Source: an uncultured Candidatus Saccharibacteria bacterium (GTDB lineage Bacteria; Patescibacteriota; Saccharimonadia; Saccharimonadales; CAZDQS01). Taken from it: 41,295 nucleotides of DNA. Under the pieces are notes generated by a model. That model was not told the origin of the DNA, ran no database searches, and worked only from the letters and a program-made list of their open reading frames with translations. Shown here in pieces: positions 26,887-36,116 of the stretch. The stretch covers positions 80,888-122,182 of the forward strand of contig CAZDQS010000004.1 in assembly GCA_964507855.1 (NCBI GenBank), written 5' to 3'. Both the position numbers and the translations under genes were made by a program. Every line of letters begins with the position of its first letter. The stretch's first letter is position 1.

Positions 26887-28029
26887 TTAAAGCTTGCCTA
26901 TGTCAGATATGATGATAAGGACAGAAAGCAGCAAGAGGGCCACGAATCCCGTTCCGTGAATTTTTTCTTCGACCGAGCGGGTTAAAACAACGCTTTTTTG
27001 GAAGAGACTAGCAATCCGATCCAGTCCACGGTACAACAGCATCACGAACAAGCGGCCGCCATCTATGGCAGGAATCGGCATAGCGTTAATGATTGCCAAT
27101 GTCAGTGATATAAGCGCAATAAGCAAAATAACCATCGCAAAGCTCGTACGGCTTACTTCTATTAAAAGTGCACCAAGAATGACCGGCCCGCCAACCTGCT
27201 GGCTTGCCGACTGCACGTCACCGCGCAGTAAACCCGAGAGCGCGTTACCCAACCCCGACAATGTCAGGTCGGTGAACTGCCACATTGTCCCCGCGGCCAC
27301 AACCGGTGCAGACCAGGTATACCGTTCGACGCGCACCCCTTCCTGCAGCGACTGATTGGCCACTCCGAGGTACCCTTCCTCGCGCGCTTCTTCCGCCTGG
27401 TTAAGTCGAGTGCGGACTACCCGCTCCTCTCCATCCCGCTGCAATACAATCTCCACCTCCTGGCCTGCATGTGCAGCCGTTTCAGTTGAAAGCTTTTGCG
27501 GTGTATCAATCGGCTCGCCGGCTACCGAAACCACGCGATCGCCCTGCTTTATACCCACATCCGCTGCCGGGCTTCCATCCTTTACCTCAGTAACCTCAAC
27601 AATGCCCTCGTTTTTTGGCACCTGCACAACATGTGCGTCGTTCGCGACGGTGAACTGGTCACCAAGCAGTTTCGGCATACCGATGAGCGCCAACGCCGTA
27701 AACAGCACGAATGCCGTCAGAAGGTTCATACCTACACCAGCTAGCAAGACTTTTGTCTTCACCCACGTCGATGAGGCCCCAAATGCGCCCTTTTCCTTCG
27801 CTTCGTCATACTCACCCTTCAGCTTGACGAAGCCGCCAAGCGGCAGCCAGTTAAGGGTATAGACGGTGCCGTTTTTCTTGCCCAGCATTTTTGCTCGAGG
27901 CGGAAACCCAATCCCAAACTCTTCGACTTCAATACCATTACGTCGTGCAACCAGAAAGTGCCCCAGCTCGTGCAGGACGACGAGGCCAACAAACATAAGT
28001 AATCCCAAAATCACAAAGAGTATTGTCAT
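26887..28029 (-). CDS. rseP: RIP metalloprotease RseP (site-2 protease, M50)
   Basis: HELGH in TM1, an internal PDZ domain, and NAMPIPAIDGG near the C-terminus. Confidence 0.9.
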   Translation of the reverse strand: MTILFVILGLLMFVGLVVLHELGHFLVARRNGIEVEEFGIGFPPRAKMLGKKNGTVYTLNWLPLGGFVKLKGEYDEAKEKGAFGASSTWVKTKVLLAGVGMNLLTAFVLFTALALIGMPKLLGDQFTVANDAHVVQVPKNEGIVEVTEVKDGSPAADVGIKQGDRVVSVAGEPIDTPQKLSTETAAHAGQEVEIVLQRDGEERVVRTRLNQAEEAREEGYLGVANQSLQEGVRVERYTWSAPVVAAGTMWQFTDLTLSGLGNALSGLLRGDVQSASQQVGGPVILGALLIEVSRTSFAMVILLIALISLTLAIINAMPIPAIDGGRLFVMLLYRGLDRIASLFQKSVVLTRSVEEKIHGTGFVALLLLSVLIIISDIGKL

Positions 28030-28082
28030 AGTAAGTATTAGTATACAAGCTGAAGCAGCTAGTTCACAGCCGAAATTACGTG

Positions 28083-28787
28083 CTACGTGCCATATCGACG
28101 CTGGCGATGCGCATATTCTTCAAGTGCGGCATCCATATGCTCGGCCGTGAAGTCTGGCCAGTACGTGTTAGTAAAGTACAGTTCGGCATAGACAACGCGC
28201 CAGAGCATAAAGTTGCTAATCCGCTGCTCGCCAGAGGTACGGATCATCAAATCAACCGGCGGGATTTCGGGATGATAAAGCTCCCCGGACAACGCTTCTG
28301 CAGTAATTTCATGAGCTGGAGTTCCCTTTTCTACCAACGTGCGGGCAGCGTCTACAATCTCCTGCTGACCGCCGTAGTTGAAGCACAGTGCAATTGTACC
28401 CTTCGTGTTTGTGGCCGTCTCTGACTCTGCCTTCTCAATTGCCTTGATGACATTTTTATCAAGCCCTTCACGAGAACCAAGCACAACTATCCTGATGTCT
28501 TCTTGCTTAACCTCGGCCAGGTACTTCTCGAGCATCCGACTAACAAGCTTCATGAGATATGAGACTTCTTCCTGGGTACGTTGCCAATTCTCGGTCGAGA
28601 AGACATAGGCTGAGACGTATTTCACTCCACGCTCAAACGCCGCAGATGTCACCTTCTGGAGTACATCCGCGCCCTGGCGATGCCCCTCAATACTTGGCAA
28701 TCCTCTCTTCTTCGCCCACCGACGATTACCATCAAGGATCAGACCCACATGCAGCGGTACAGCCGATACTTCATCAATTGCGGACAT
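28083..28787 (-). CDS. uppS: undecaprenyl diphosphate synthase (cis-isoprenyl transferase)
   Basis: Motifs LDGNRRWA and RTSGEQRISNFMLW. 234 aa. Confidence 0.95.
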   Translation of the reverse strand: MSAIDEVSAVPLHVGLILDGNRRWAKKRGLPSIEGHRQGADVLQKVTSAAFERGVKYVSAYVFSTENWQRTQEEVSYLMKLVSRMLEKYLAEVKQEDIRIVVLGSREGLDKNVIKAIEKAESETATNTKGTIALCFNYGGQQEIVDAARTLVEKGTPAHEITAEALSGELYHPEIPPVDLMIRTSGEQRISNFMLWRVVYAELYFTNTYWPDFTAEHMDAALEEYAHRQRRYGT

Positions 28788-28810
28788 ATGAAAAGTATAT
28801 TCCTTTGCTT

Positions 28811-28839
28811 AATAAATTAAGAGGGGCATCCGCCCCTCT
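28811..28839 (-). terminator. rho-independent terminator after frr
   Basis: An 8-bp GC stem AGAGGGGC/GCCCCTCT (28820-28827/28832-28839) with a tetraloop, followed on the minus strand by TAATTTATT. Confidence 0.6.
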
Positions 28840-28844
28840 CCTGC

Positions 28845-29408
28845 CTACACCGTCATTATTTCTTGCTCTTTGGCCTTTGCAAGCGAGTCAACTTCTGCCT
28901 TCACCTTGGCCATGTGTTCGTCAACTTGCTTCTCGAGCCGTTTGGCATCGTCGTCACCAATCGTCTTATCCTTCTTGGCTTGGTCGATATCTTTGAGCGC
29001 ATCATGGCGAATGTTGCGCAGCGTAATCATCGTGTCCTCGACCTTGCCGCTCAAGACCTTCACATACTCGCGGCGACGCTCCTCAGTCAACGGCGGGATC
29101 GGTACCCGCACAACCCGGCCGTCATCGCTTGGGTTGAGGCCTAGCGATGGATTATCACGAATCGCACTCGCGATAGCCTGTAAATTGTTCGGGTCAAACG
29201 GTGTAATTTGCAGCAACTGCCCCTCCGGCGCAGTTACAGTCGCGACTTGGTTGATCGGCATGGCCGTACCATAGGCCTGGACTACCACGCTATCCAGCAT
29301 GCCAGGATGCGCCCGGCCCGTACGGACTTTCTTCAGTTCCTCCTGAAAGTGCGCCACCGCACCCTGCATCTTGGTTCTTGCCTGGTCAACTACTTGGTTT
29401 GGATTCAT
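28845..29408 (-). CDS. frr: ribosome recycling factor
   Basis: 187 aa with typical RRF sequence (VRTGRAHPGMLD..., PIPPLTEERR). SD AAAGGAG. Confidence 0.95.
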   Translation of the reverse strand: MNPNQVVDQARTKMQGAVAHFQEELKKVRTGRAHPGMLDSVVVQAYGTAMPINQVATVTAPEGQLLQITPFDPNNLQAIASAIRDNPSLGLNPSDDGRVVRVPIPPLTEERRREYVKVLSGKVEDTMITLRNIRHDALKDIDQAKKDKTIGDDDAKRLEKQVDEHMAKVKAEVDSLAKAKEQEIMTV

Positions 29409-29541
29409 AAAGCTCCTTTTTCAGTTCACTGATTACAGTATACCGTTTTGTGTTTTGTTTTAGCCTGGCAATTTCTCTTGCTTGGTGAATATACAAAGGA
29501 AGCGCCAAAAGAGCGCCCCCCTGCATATTGATGTCTAAAGA

Positions 29542-30138
29542 CTAGACAACTTCGCCAAGTACCATGTGGCTAAAACGGCGAACGACGATATTCTCGCCCA
29601 GCTTGGCGTTCTGCTCCTTAACATAATCACCAACCGTTTGGTTAGGATTCTTTATATATGGCTGGTCGAGCAGACACTTCTCCGCAAAGTGCTTCTTCAG
29701 CATGCCTTCCACGATCTGCGGAACCATGTTCTCTGGCTTGCCCTCGCTCTTTACCTTCTCGGTGAATTCAGTCGCAATTTTCTCACGGTCTTCAGCCGGC
29801 ACATCATCGGCACTTACATACTCCGGAGCGGCTGCGGCGATGTGCATAGCAATATCTTTGACAAAAGTAGTGAAGTTCTCGTTACGTGCAACGAAGTCGG
29901 TCTCACAGTTAACCTCAACCAACACGCCGATACGACCATCGTGGTTGTAAGTGCCGATGACACCGGCACGGGCCTCGCGTTCACCGCGCTTCTCGGCCTT
30001 GGTCAGGCCCTTCTTGCGCATTGCCTCAAGCGCCTTATCGAAGTCGCCGTTGGCCTCTTCCAGGGCCGCCTTGGCATCCGTCAGACCGACACCAGTCAGA
30101 TCTTTGAGTCTCTTTACGTCTTCAATCTTGATTGCCAT
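29542..30138 (-). CDS. tsf: elongation factor Ts (short form)
   Basis: I chose the start at ATG 30138 (MAIKIEDVKRLKDLTGVGLTDAKAAL, UBA-like N-terminus), 1 nt after the rpsB stop. 198 aa. Confidence 0.95.
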   Translation of the reverse strand: MAIKIEDVKRLKDLTGVGLTDAKAALEEANGDFDKALEAMRKKGLTKAEKRGEREARAGVIGTYNHDGRIGVLVEVNCETDFVARNENFTTFVKDIAMHIAAAAPEYVSADDVPAEDREKIATEFTEKVKSEGKPENMVPQIVEGMLKKHFAEKCLLDQPYIKNPNQTVGDYVKEQNAKLGENIVVRRFSHMVLGEVV

Positions 30139-30139
30139 A

Positions 30140-30880
30140 TTACTTCTCCCCACCTTCCTTAGCTTCTGTCTTATCTGTGGCCTTTGCACCTTTGGCTTTG
30201 CCGGCTTCGATTGCCTGCTTCACGTAATCACAGATAAGTTTGATGGTCTTAATTGCGTCGTCATTTGCCGGAATCGGATGCGTCGCCTCAGACGGATCTG
30301 CGTTGGTGTCAACAATAGCAACAATTGGCAGACCTAGCTTCTTCGCCTCGCGAATAGCGTTTGCTTCATGAACAACGTCCACGACAAATACCGCGCCAAC
30401 ACGAGCAGCCATATTCTTAATACCGCCATAGAGGAAGTTCATCTCGTTGATCTCCTCCTGGAGGCGCTGCAATTCAAGCTTGTTATACTTCTGGGCCAAA
30501 GCACCAGATTCCATCTTGGACTCAAGATCTTTGAGGTGCTTAATGCGGCCGTTAATGGTATTGCGGTTGGTCAGCATACCACCGAGCCAGCGCTCTACGA
30601 CGTATGGCATACCCGTTGCTTCGGCAGTTTCTTTGACAATATCGTGCGCCTGGCGCTTCGTACCGACAAACAAAATCTGCTTGCCATCAGCCGCAGTTTT
30701 TTGCAAGAACTCCAATGCTTCCTGCAACTTGTCGGCAGTCTTGATAAGGTCGATGACGTGGCTGCCGTTCCGCTTGGAATGAATATACGGAGCCATCTTC
30801 GGGTGCCAGCGGCTGGTCTTGTGACCGAAGTGCGCGCCCGCTTCCAATAATTGCTTTACGTCTACATCTACTGTAGGCAT
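30140..30880 (-). CDS. rpsB: 30S ribosomal protein S2
   Basis: I chose the start at ATG 30880 (MPTVDVDVKQLLEAGAHFGHKTSRWHP) with AAGGA upstream. It has an acidic/Lys C-terminal tail. Confidence 0.95.
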   Translation of the reverse strand: MPTVDVDVKQLLEAGAHFGHKTSRWHPKMAPYIHSKRNGSHVIDLIKTADKLQEALEFLQKTAADGKQILFVGTKRQAHDIVKETAEATGMPYVVERWLGGMLTNRNTINGRIKHLKDLESKMESGALAQKYNKLELQRLQEEINEMNFLYGGIKNMAARVGAVFVVDVVHEANAIREAKKLGLPIVAIVDTNADPSEATHPIPANDDAIKTIKLICDYVKQAIEAGKAKGAKATDKTEAKEGGEK

Positions 30881-30981
30881 TTTAGTAAATCCTTTCTCTT
30901 CGTAATGGAGTTGCTCCGATAAGTCCTGCACGGTACTTACGGAGAGGATTCATCTCCACACTGTTTAATATTGACCGGCTA

Positions 30982-31010
30982 AGAATACCAGATAAGCCTC
31001 TGTTTAGCAA
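30982..31010 (-). promoter_or_regulatory. sigma70-type promoter TTGCTA-17nt-TATTCT (TGg extended -10) upstream of rpsB-tsf
   Basis: The reverse complement reads TTGCTAaacagaggcttatcTGgTATTCT. It would leave a ~95-nt leader containing the GGAGA/TCTCC hairpin. Confidence 0.45.
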
Positions 31011-31016
31011 GTCATC

Positions 31017-32678
31017 TTAGGTGCCATATTTACTCAACACAATGCTAAGGTCCAGACTGTTAACCGTGCCGTCACTATTCAGATCACCCTGGCTCCGTGT
31101 CTGGCCAGTCTTACCGTAGTTTGTAAGCACGATATTAAGATCAGTCCCATTGATGCTTCCGTCACCGTTCACATCTCCCGGTTTGTCTGCCGCCGTGACG
31201 CTAAAACTTCTGGATAGCTTGTTGTTACCCTCATCACTCTCGGTAATGCGGGTTGCATCATCCACCCAGGCTTCAAGGGTGAAGGTGCCACTGGCAGTGG
31301 ATAGCCACGTGCCGTCGGTATGGCCACTGATGCCGCCGTTGGCAGTAAGAGTACGGGAAGCACCGGGAGCTAAGCTGGCCGTTGAGTCATCGCTCCAGGT
31401 GTACTTTTTGCCATCGATGGAAAAGGCGACGCCATGAATGGTGTCAGCCGGTGTCGGTGCACTGCCCTGGTTCTTGATGGTGGCACTGAAGCGGATGGGT
31501 TCACCGGCCCGGGGACTTGAGGGTGACCACGACACATCCGTAACCACCAAATCGGGGCGATCGGCAGGTGGCTCGTCCGTACGGGGGCCGATGGGGGCTT
31601 TGGAGATAACCACATCGTCAAAATAAATATAGGAGTCCTTGTGGGGATAGTCGTTTTGGGGGCCGCCATAGAACCACGACCAGAAAATTTGCGTTATTTT
31701 AAGGTTGGGACGCTGGGAACTACGATACATGACATTTGTCATGTGTAATCCCAGTTTGCCGTTCATCCAGATTTTGAGCTCGCCATTCGCCTGCCCCGGC
31801 GTATTCATCTTGACGTACTGTTCAATCGTATTCCAGCCAGTGTTGAATTTCATGTTAGAGCTGGAAGAGTTATAGGGATCCACTTTCAACCGTACCGCCC
31901 TACCAAAAGCCCGGAACGAATCTGTACCAGGAGTACCCGTCACTCTACCGTACTGATTTGGCGCATAGAGATATACCGAGGCTCCCATGTCTTTTTGCCA
32001 GAGCAGTCTCGCTGACCAGCCATCTGCCGTTCCTAAATCTTCCAGGCGCTTAATGGCTGTTGTCCCATTCCAGCGCCTACCGCCTGCACTCACCGCCCAG
32101 TCAGCCCCGCCAGTTGCCTTGCCTGCTAGGCCCGGCAACTTACCATGCCCTCCATCATTCGGGTTCACCCACACATAATCAGTTGGGAAATTTACCCGGT
32201 AGCGAAGATACGCCTCCTCCTGCTCCGCAATACCTGCCCCAGAGCCCGGCCCCATATTCACAAAGTTCGCATGACCCCCAAAGCCATTTGCCTGACCGGC
32301 AACCGTACGACCACGCAGCGCCTTTCCCTGGTCAGTATTACTGCCAAATGTATTGACCGATATATTGCTTTCGTGATTAAACGTACCGAAGCCCCAGAGA
32401 TCCCGCCAATTCGAATCTTCAAACGTACTTACCCACAGCACATTCTGATCTGATAAAAGTCGCTGCTCAACAGTAGCCGTATGAGGCTCCCCTTTGATGT
32501 GACTGGCAGCCTGACTTCTTCCCAACCACAGCACAGCGGCTATCAATCCCACCGCAACGAATATAGCCACCAAAGCCCCTCGTCCTCTATATCCGGAACG
32601 GACAGGCAGGGCGCCGATGGCTGTTCTGTTTCTCCTTTTTGCCCCTGGCATACGCTGGTGAGTCTTGCCTTTAACCAT
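31017..32678 (-). CDS. secreted multidomain protein: polysaccharide-lyase-like (PL14-type jelly roll) + CARDB-like + C-terminal dockerin
   Basis: N-terminal Arg-rich region plus a TM helix. A GGHGKLPGLAG block typical of the Polysacc_lyase/PL14-like family. A CARDB-like segment (DLVVTDVSWSP...EGNNK). Type I dockerin repeats GDVNGDGSINGTDLNIVL...GDLNSDGTVNSLDLSIVL. Confidence 0.75.
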   Translation of the reverse strand: MVKGKTHQRMPGAKRRNRTAIGALPVRSGYRGRGALVAIFVAVGLIAAVLWLGRSQAASHIKGEPHTATVEQRLLSDQNVLWVSTFEDSNWRDLWGFGTFNHESNISVNTFGSNTDQGKALRGRTVAGQANGFGGHANFVNMGPGSGAGIAEQEEAYLRYRVNFPTDYVWVNPNDGGHGKLPGLAGKATGGADWAVSAGGRRWNGTTAIKRLEDLGTADGWSARLLWQKDMGASVYLYAPNQYGRVTGTPGTDSFRAFGRAVRLKVDPYNSSSSNMKFNTGWNTIEQYVKMNTPGQANGELKIWMNGKLGLHMTNVMYRSSQRPNLKITQIFWSWFYGGPQNDYPHKDSYIYFDDVVISKAPIGPRTDEPPADRPDLVVTDVSWSPSSPRAGEPIRFSATIKNQGSAPTPADTIHGVAFSIDGKKYTWSDDSTASLAPGASRTLTANGGISGHTDGTWLSTASGTFTLEAWVDDATRITESDEGNNKLSRSFSVTAADKPGDVNGDGSINGTDLNIVLTNYGKTGQTRSQGDLNSDGTVNSLDLSIVLSKYGT

Positions 32679-32776
32679 ATTTATTTGAAATGAATTACCT
32701 TATGCTTTATATACAGTATATCGCGGCCTTTCAGCTATCCATGCAATTTCTGCAAATTTCTCGATCGCCCCAGGCA

Positions 32777-32805
32777 TTGACCAAACGTTAACAGAGGTGT
32801 ATACT
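32777..32805 (+). promoter_or_regulatory. sigma70-type promoter TTGACC-17nt-TATACT upstream of rpmE
   Basis: TTGACC at 32777-32782 and TATACT at 32800-32805. It would leave a ~70-nt leader before ATG 32884. Confidence 0.6.
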
Positions 32806-32883
32806 TGCCCGAGTTACATACCGACTGCGGCTCGCCCACCGCTAACCGGTTAATAGCAATAACGGGCATGAGAGAATAATTCC

Positions 32884-33228
32884 ATGAAAAAAGATCTGCA
32901 TCCGAGCAACTATCGGCCTGTTGTGTTTCAGGACCTGAACAACAACACCACGTATTTGACCCGTTCAACCATCGCAACCGAGGAAACTATCACCCTCGAT
33001 GGCGTTACCTATCCATTGGTGAAAGTACACATTTCAAGCTCTTCGCACCCGTTCTTTACTGGTGAGGAGCGCATTGTTGACATCGAAGGCCGCGTCGATA
33101 AGTTCAAGGCCCGCGCCGAGGCTGCCAAGAAGGCCCAAGAAGCCCGCTCCAAGGCAGCAACCAAGCAAGCTAATCGCAAGGCTGCAAAAGCTGCAAAAGA
33201 AGAAGCCAAGTCGACCGACAAAGAATAG
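32884..33228 (+). CDS. rpmE: 50S ribosomal protein L31, type B, with a Lys/Ala-rich C-terminal extension
   Basis: [17 protein letters not shown]...HPFFTG, with no CxxC zinc motif. About 35 extra K/A/E residues at the C-terminus. Confidence 0.9.
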   Translation: MKKDLHPSNYRPVVFQDLNNNTTYLTRSTIATEETITLDGVTYPLVKVHISSSSHPFFTGEERIVDIEGRVDKFKARAEAAKKAQEARSKAATKQANRKAAKAAKEEAKSTDKE

Positions 33229-33240
33229 CTAAAAACTTCG

Positions 33241-33280
33241 AAAAACCGCCAGGACTTAATAATTCGGCGGTTTTTCTTTT
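33241..33280 (+). terminator. rho-independent terminator after rpmE
   Basis: AAAAACCGCC (33241-33250) pairs with GGCGGTTTTT (33266-33275), followed by a T-run to 33280. Confidence 0.7.
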
Positions 33281-33296
33281 ATACTGAGAGGGATTT

Positions 33297-34355
33297 ATGG
33301 ATACCAAAGAACAAGCCCTGCGCCAAGAATTAAAGGATCTGGAAACACGTTTCCAGGATCCTGCCATTTTCTCCACCAAAGAGTACCCTCGTCTCGCCAA
33401 GCGCAAAACCGAGCTTGAAAATATCATCACTCTCTTAAATGAACGTGAAGCGCTGCTCAAATCTCAAGCCGATGCCGAAGCGCTCACGGGCAGTGATGAC
33501 GCCGAGATGGCGGAACTAGCGACCACCGAGCTTGCCGACCTGCAGACTAGAATTGCCGAGAATAATGACAAACTCTCCGAGGCACTCACACCAAAAGACC
33601 CTAACGATGACAAGGATGTCATTATCGAGATCCGCGCCGCCGCAGGCGGTGATGAAGCAAGCTTATTCGCTGGCGAGCTGTATCGCATGTATGTTCGCTG
33701 GGCCGAGACAAACAGCTACAAAACAGAACTTGTCAACGAAAGCCCCTCTGAAGCCGGCGGCTTCAAAGAAATCATCTTCGCCGTGCGTGGCGACAACGCA
33801 TATAAGATGCTCAAGTTTGAAGCTGGCGTCCATCGGGTTCAGCGCGTACCAGTAACCGAAAGTCAAGGCCGTATCCACACCAGTACCGTCACCGTCGCCG
33901 TGATGCCAGAAGCCGAAGAGACAGATATTGAAATCAAAGATTCCGATCTGCGAATAGACGTCTTCCGCTCCGGCGGCCATGGCGGCCAGTCGGTGAACAC
34001 GACCGACTCAGCTGTACGCATTACCCACCTCCCAACCGGTATTGTAGTTGCCAACCAGGATGAAAAATCCCAAATAAAAAACAAAGCCAAGGCCATGAGT
34101 GTACTCCGATCACGCTTACTGCAAATGAAGATTGATGAAGAGCAAAAGCAGCTGTCCGAAGCACGCCGCAAGCTCATTGGCTCAGGTGACCGATCCGAGA
34201 AAATACGTACCTACAACTTTCCGCAGGATCGCATTACCGACCACCGCATCGGCTACAGCCGAAGCAATATCCCAGGAGCTTTAAACGGCGAGATTGATGA
34301 CATCATCGAGCAACTTCACGCATATGAGCGAAGCCTCATCCAAAACGATCAGTAA
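33297..34355 (+). CDS. prfA: peptide chain release factor 1
   Basis: PxT anticodon motif (RVPVTES) and the GGQ motif ([11 protein letters not shown]). 352 aa. Confidence 0.97.
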   Translation: MDTKEQALRQELKDLETRFQDPAIFSTKEYPRLAKRKTELENIITLLNEREALLKSQADAEALTGSDDAEMAELATTELADLQTRIAENNDKLSEALTPKDPNDDKDVIIEIRAAAGGDEASLFAGELYRMYVRWAETNSYKTELVNESPSEAGGFKEIIFAVRGDNAYKMLKFEAGVHRVQRVPVTESQGRIHTSTVTVAVMPEAEETDIEIKDSDLRIDVFRSGGHGGQSVNTTDSAVRITHLPTGIVVANQDEKSQIKNKAKAMSVLRSRLLQMKIDEEQKQLSEARRKLIGSGDRSEKIRTYNFPQDRITDHRIGYSRSNIPGALNGEIDDIIEQLHAYERSLIQNDQ

Positions 34356-35160
34356 GTGGCTGGCGAATGCCACAGCACAATTGGAAGCATCCCATATTGG
34401 CACTGCTAGATTAGATGCTTTGGTCTTGCTCGAAGACGCAACCGGCAAGCACCGCGCTTGGCTGCTCGCTCACCCAGAGCTTGAACTTACAGCGCAGCAA
34501 ATTGATATATTGAACAATAATATTACTCAGCGAATTAAGCATGTTCCTCTCTCATACATCAGAGGTAGAGTTGAGTTTTATGGCCGTGAATTCATCGTTA
34601 ATCATAATGTTCTTGAGCCCCGTCCTGAATCGGAAACAATCATCGATATAGCAAAAGAACTAGACCTTGACTCACCTACCATCATCGATGTTGGTACCGG
34701 TTCCGGTGCTCTCGCAATTACCATTAAGCTGGAGATGCCCAAAGCACATGTTCTAGCCACTGATATTGATAAAAAATGTCTGGGAGTAGCCAAGAAAAAC
34801 GCCCAGGCACACCACGTAGACGTCGACTTTTATCACGGTAGCCTCCTTGCACCTATCCCGCATACGGTGTATTCAGAACCGCTCGTTCTATTGTGTAATC
34901 TGCCCTACGTACCAGATAGCTATACAATCAACGAAGCCGCGCTTATGGAACCTCATCACGCTATCTTTGGCGGTAAAGACGGCCTCGATCTATACCGCGA
35001 ACTTTTCATGCAAATCGGCAGTCTCCCAATCAAGCCTACCTATATACTGACTGAATCTCTCCCGTTCCAGCACAGTGATCTTTTCGCAATTGCCGAACGC
35101 ACTAGTTACCGGCAAGTACGAGAAGAAGACTTTATCCAACTTTTTGCTTACGAATCGTAA
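34324..35160 (+). CDS. prmC: release factor glutamine N5-methyltransferase
   Basis: SAM motif [11 protein letters not shown] and an NPPY-type motif written as NLPYV. It lies directly after prfA. I chose ATG 34324, which overlaps the prfA end by 32 nt. Confidence 0.9.
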   Translation: MSEASSKTISKWLANATAQLEASHIGTARLDALVLLEDATGKHRAWLLAHPELELTAQQIDILNNNITQRIKHVPLSYIRGRVEFYGREFIVNHNVLEPRPESETIIDIAKELDLDSPTIIDVGTGSGALAITIKLEMPKAHVLATDIDKKCLGVAKKNAQAHHVDVDFYHGSLLAPIPHTVYSEPLVLLCNLPYVPDSYTINEAALMEPHHAIFGGKDGLDLYRELFMQIGSLPIKPTYILTESLPFQHSDLFAIAERTSYRQVREEDFIQLFAYES

Positions 35161-36116
35161 TCACTCAGTACCTGGCTTAGGTCAAGAGCATCAACCCTGC
35201 CATCACCACTCACGTCACCCTGTGATCTGGGCTGGTTTGTTCTACCATAGTTTGACAGAACCATACTGAGGTCATAACTGTTGACTGCCCCGTTGCCATC
35301 CACATCCCCCGCCCTTAGGCCAGGTACTCCACGATCGGTCCATGAGCGCCAGGGCTTTTCATTAAGAATTCGCTGCACATCAGCAATGTAAGCACTTGCC
35401 CCGCTGTCATACCACCGGCCCGAGAACCATAAACCGACACAACCCCATTCGTCACCCGCATGATAAGAATCGGTAAATTGGTGCAGCCAATCCACCCACC
35501 CCTCATAACATATTCGCCGGCTCATCAAGGTGTAATCCACGTTAAAAGCCGTTGACTCTAGGGCATTTGGGAACGTGCCGGGATGATAATTATCACGTAC
35601 CTGCATAAGCCCGAAACTCTCCGGACAGGGAGCTGTGTACCCCGTCTTGCATCGGCTCTGATCATCAACATAGTCCCCAAGCGCTGATTGCGTCCACCAG
35701 CTTTCCTTCACCGCCACCGCACGCGCCACCTCATCACTAAAGCCCCACTTACAGGCACCCCACTGGATAATCTCATCGGTCGTACCTTTAAAATTACCTG
35801 TTACACGATCGGCGTACGCCCGAGCTCGTATATCAACACCACCATTATTTGGCGTGAAGCCAGGTAGCGTGAAAGGCGCGGGTGTCTTATTATTGGCCAG
35901 CGTGTTCTCCGGACGGGGCTCCCACGGCGAACGTCGCACTTGACCTACGCAACTTTCCTCGCTCGGCAGTATTGCTTCGGGTGGCAAATTGGTAAAATAA
36001 CCTCCACTCGGTGGCGGAGCGGCCGCGAAGACGGGTTGAGTATGTAACATACCAACCAAAAAGCCCACACACTGCACTATGATCCATATACCACCTATTT
36101 TTAACCCGATACGCAT
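35148..36116 (-). CDS. secreted lytic-transglycosylase-like (SLT) protein with C-terminal dockerin
   Basis: Signal peptide. SLT-type catalytic stretch VAVKESWWTQ...FGLMQV. Dockerin repeats GDVDGNGAVNSYDLSMVL...GDVSGDGRVDALDLSQVL. Confidence 0.75.
   Translation of the reverse strand: MRIGLKIGGIWIIVQCVGFLVGMLHTQPVFAAAPPPSGGYFTNLPPEAILPSEESCVGQVRRSPWEPRPENTLANNKTPAPFTLPGFTPNNGGVDIRARAYADRVTGNFKGTTDEIIQWGACKWGFSDEVARAVAVKESWWTQSALGDYVDDQSRCKTGYTAPCPESFGLMQVRDNYHPGTFPNALESTAFNVDYTLMSRRICYEGWVDWLHQFTDSYHAGDEWGCVGLWFSGRWYDSGASAYIADVQRILNEKPWRSWTDRGVPGLRAGDVDGNGAVNSYDLSMVLSNYGRTNQPRSQGDVSGDGRVDALDLSQVLSDYDS

Noticed and set aside
29409-29541. The 133-bp gap between tsf and frr as a possible pyrH remnant or sRNA
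   Set aside because: I saw no ORF fragment resembling UMP kinase. It contains only a weak GGCGC-7nt-GCGCT hairpin and a direct repeat of AGCGCC, which fits an ordinary terminator/promoter spacer.
35148-35160. 13-nt convergent overlap between the prmC stop and the stop of the SLT-dockerin gene
   Set aside because: The overlap is real, but it is probably just compact genome packing. There is no evidence of a regulatory role.
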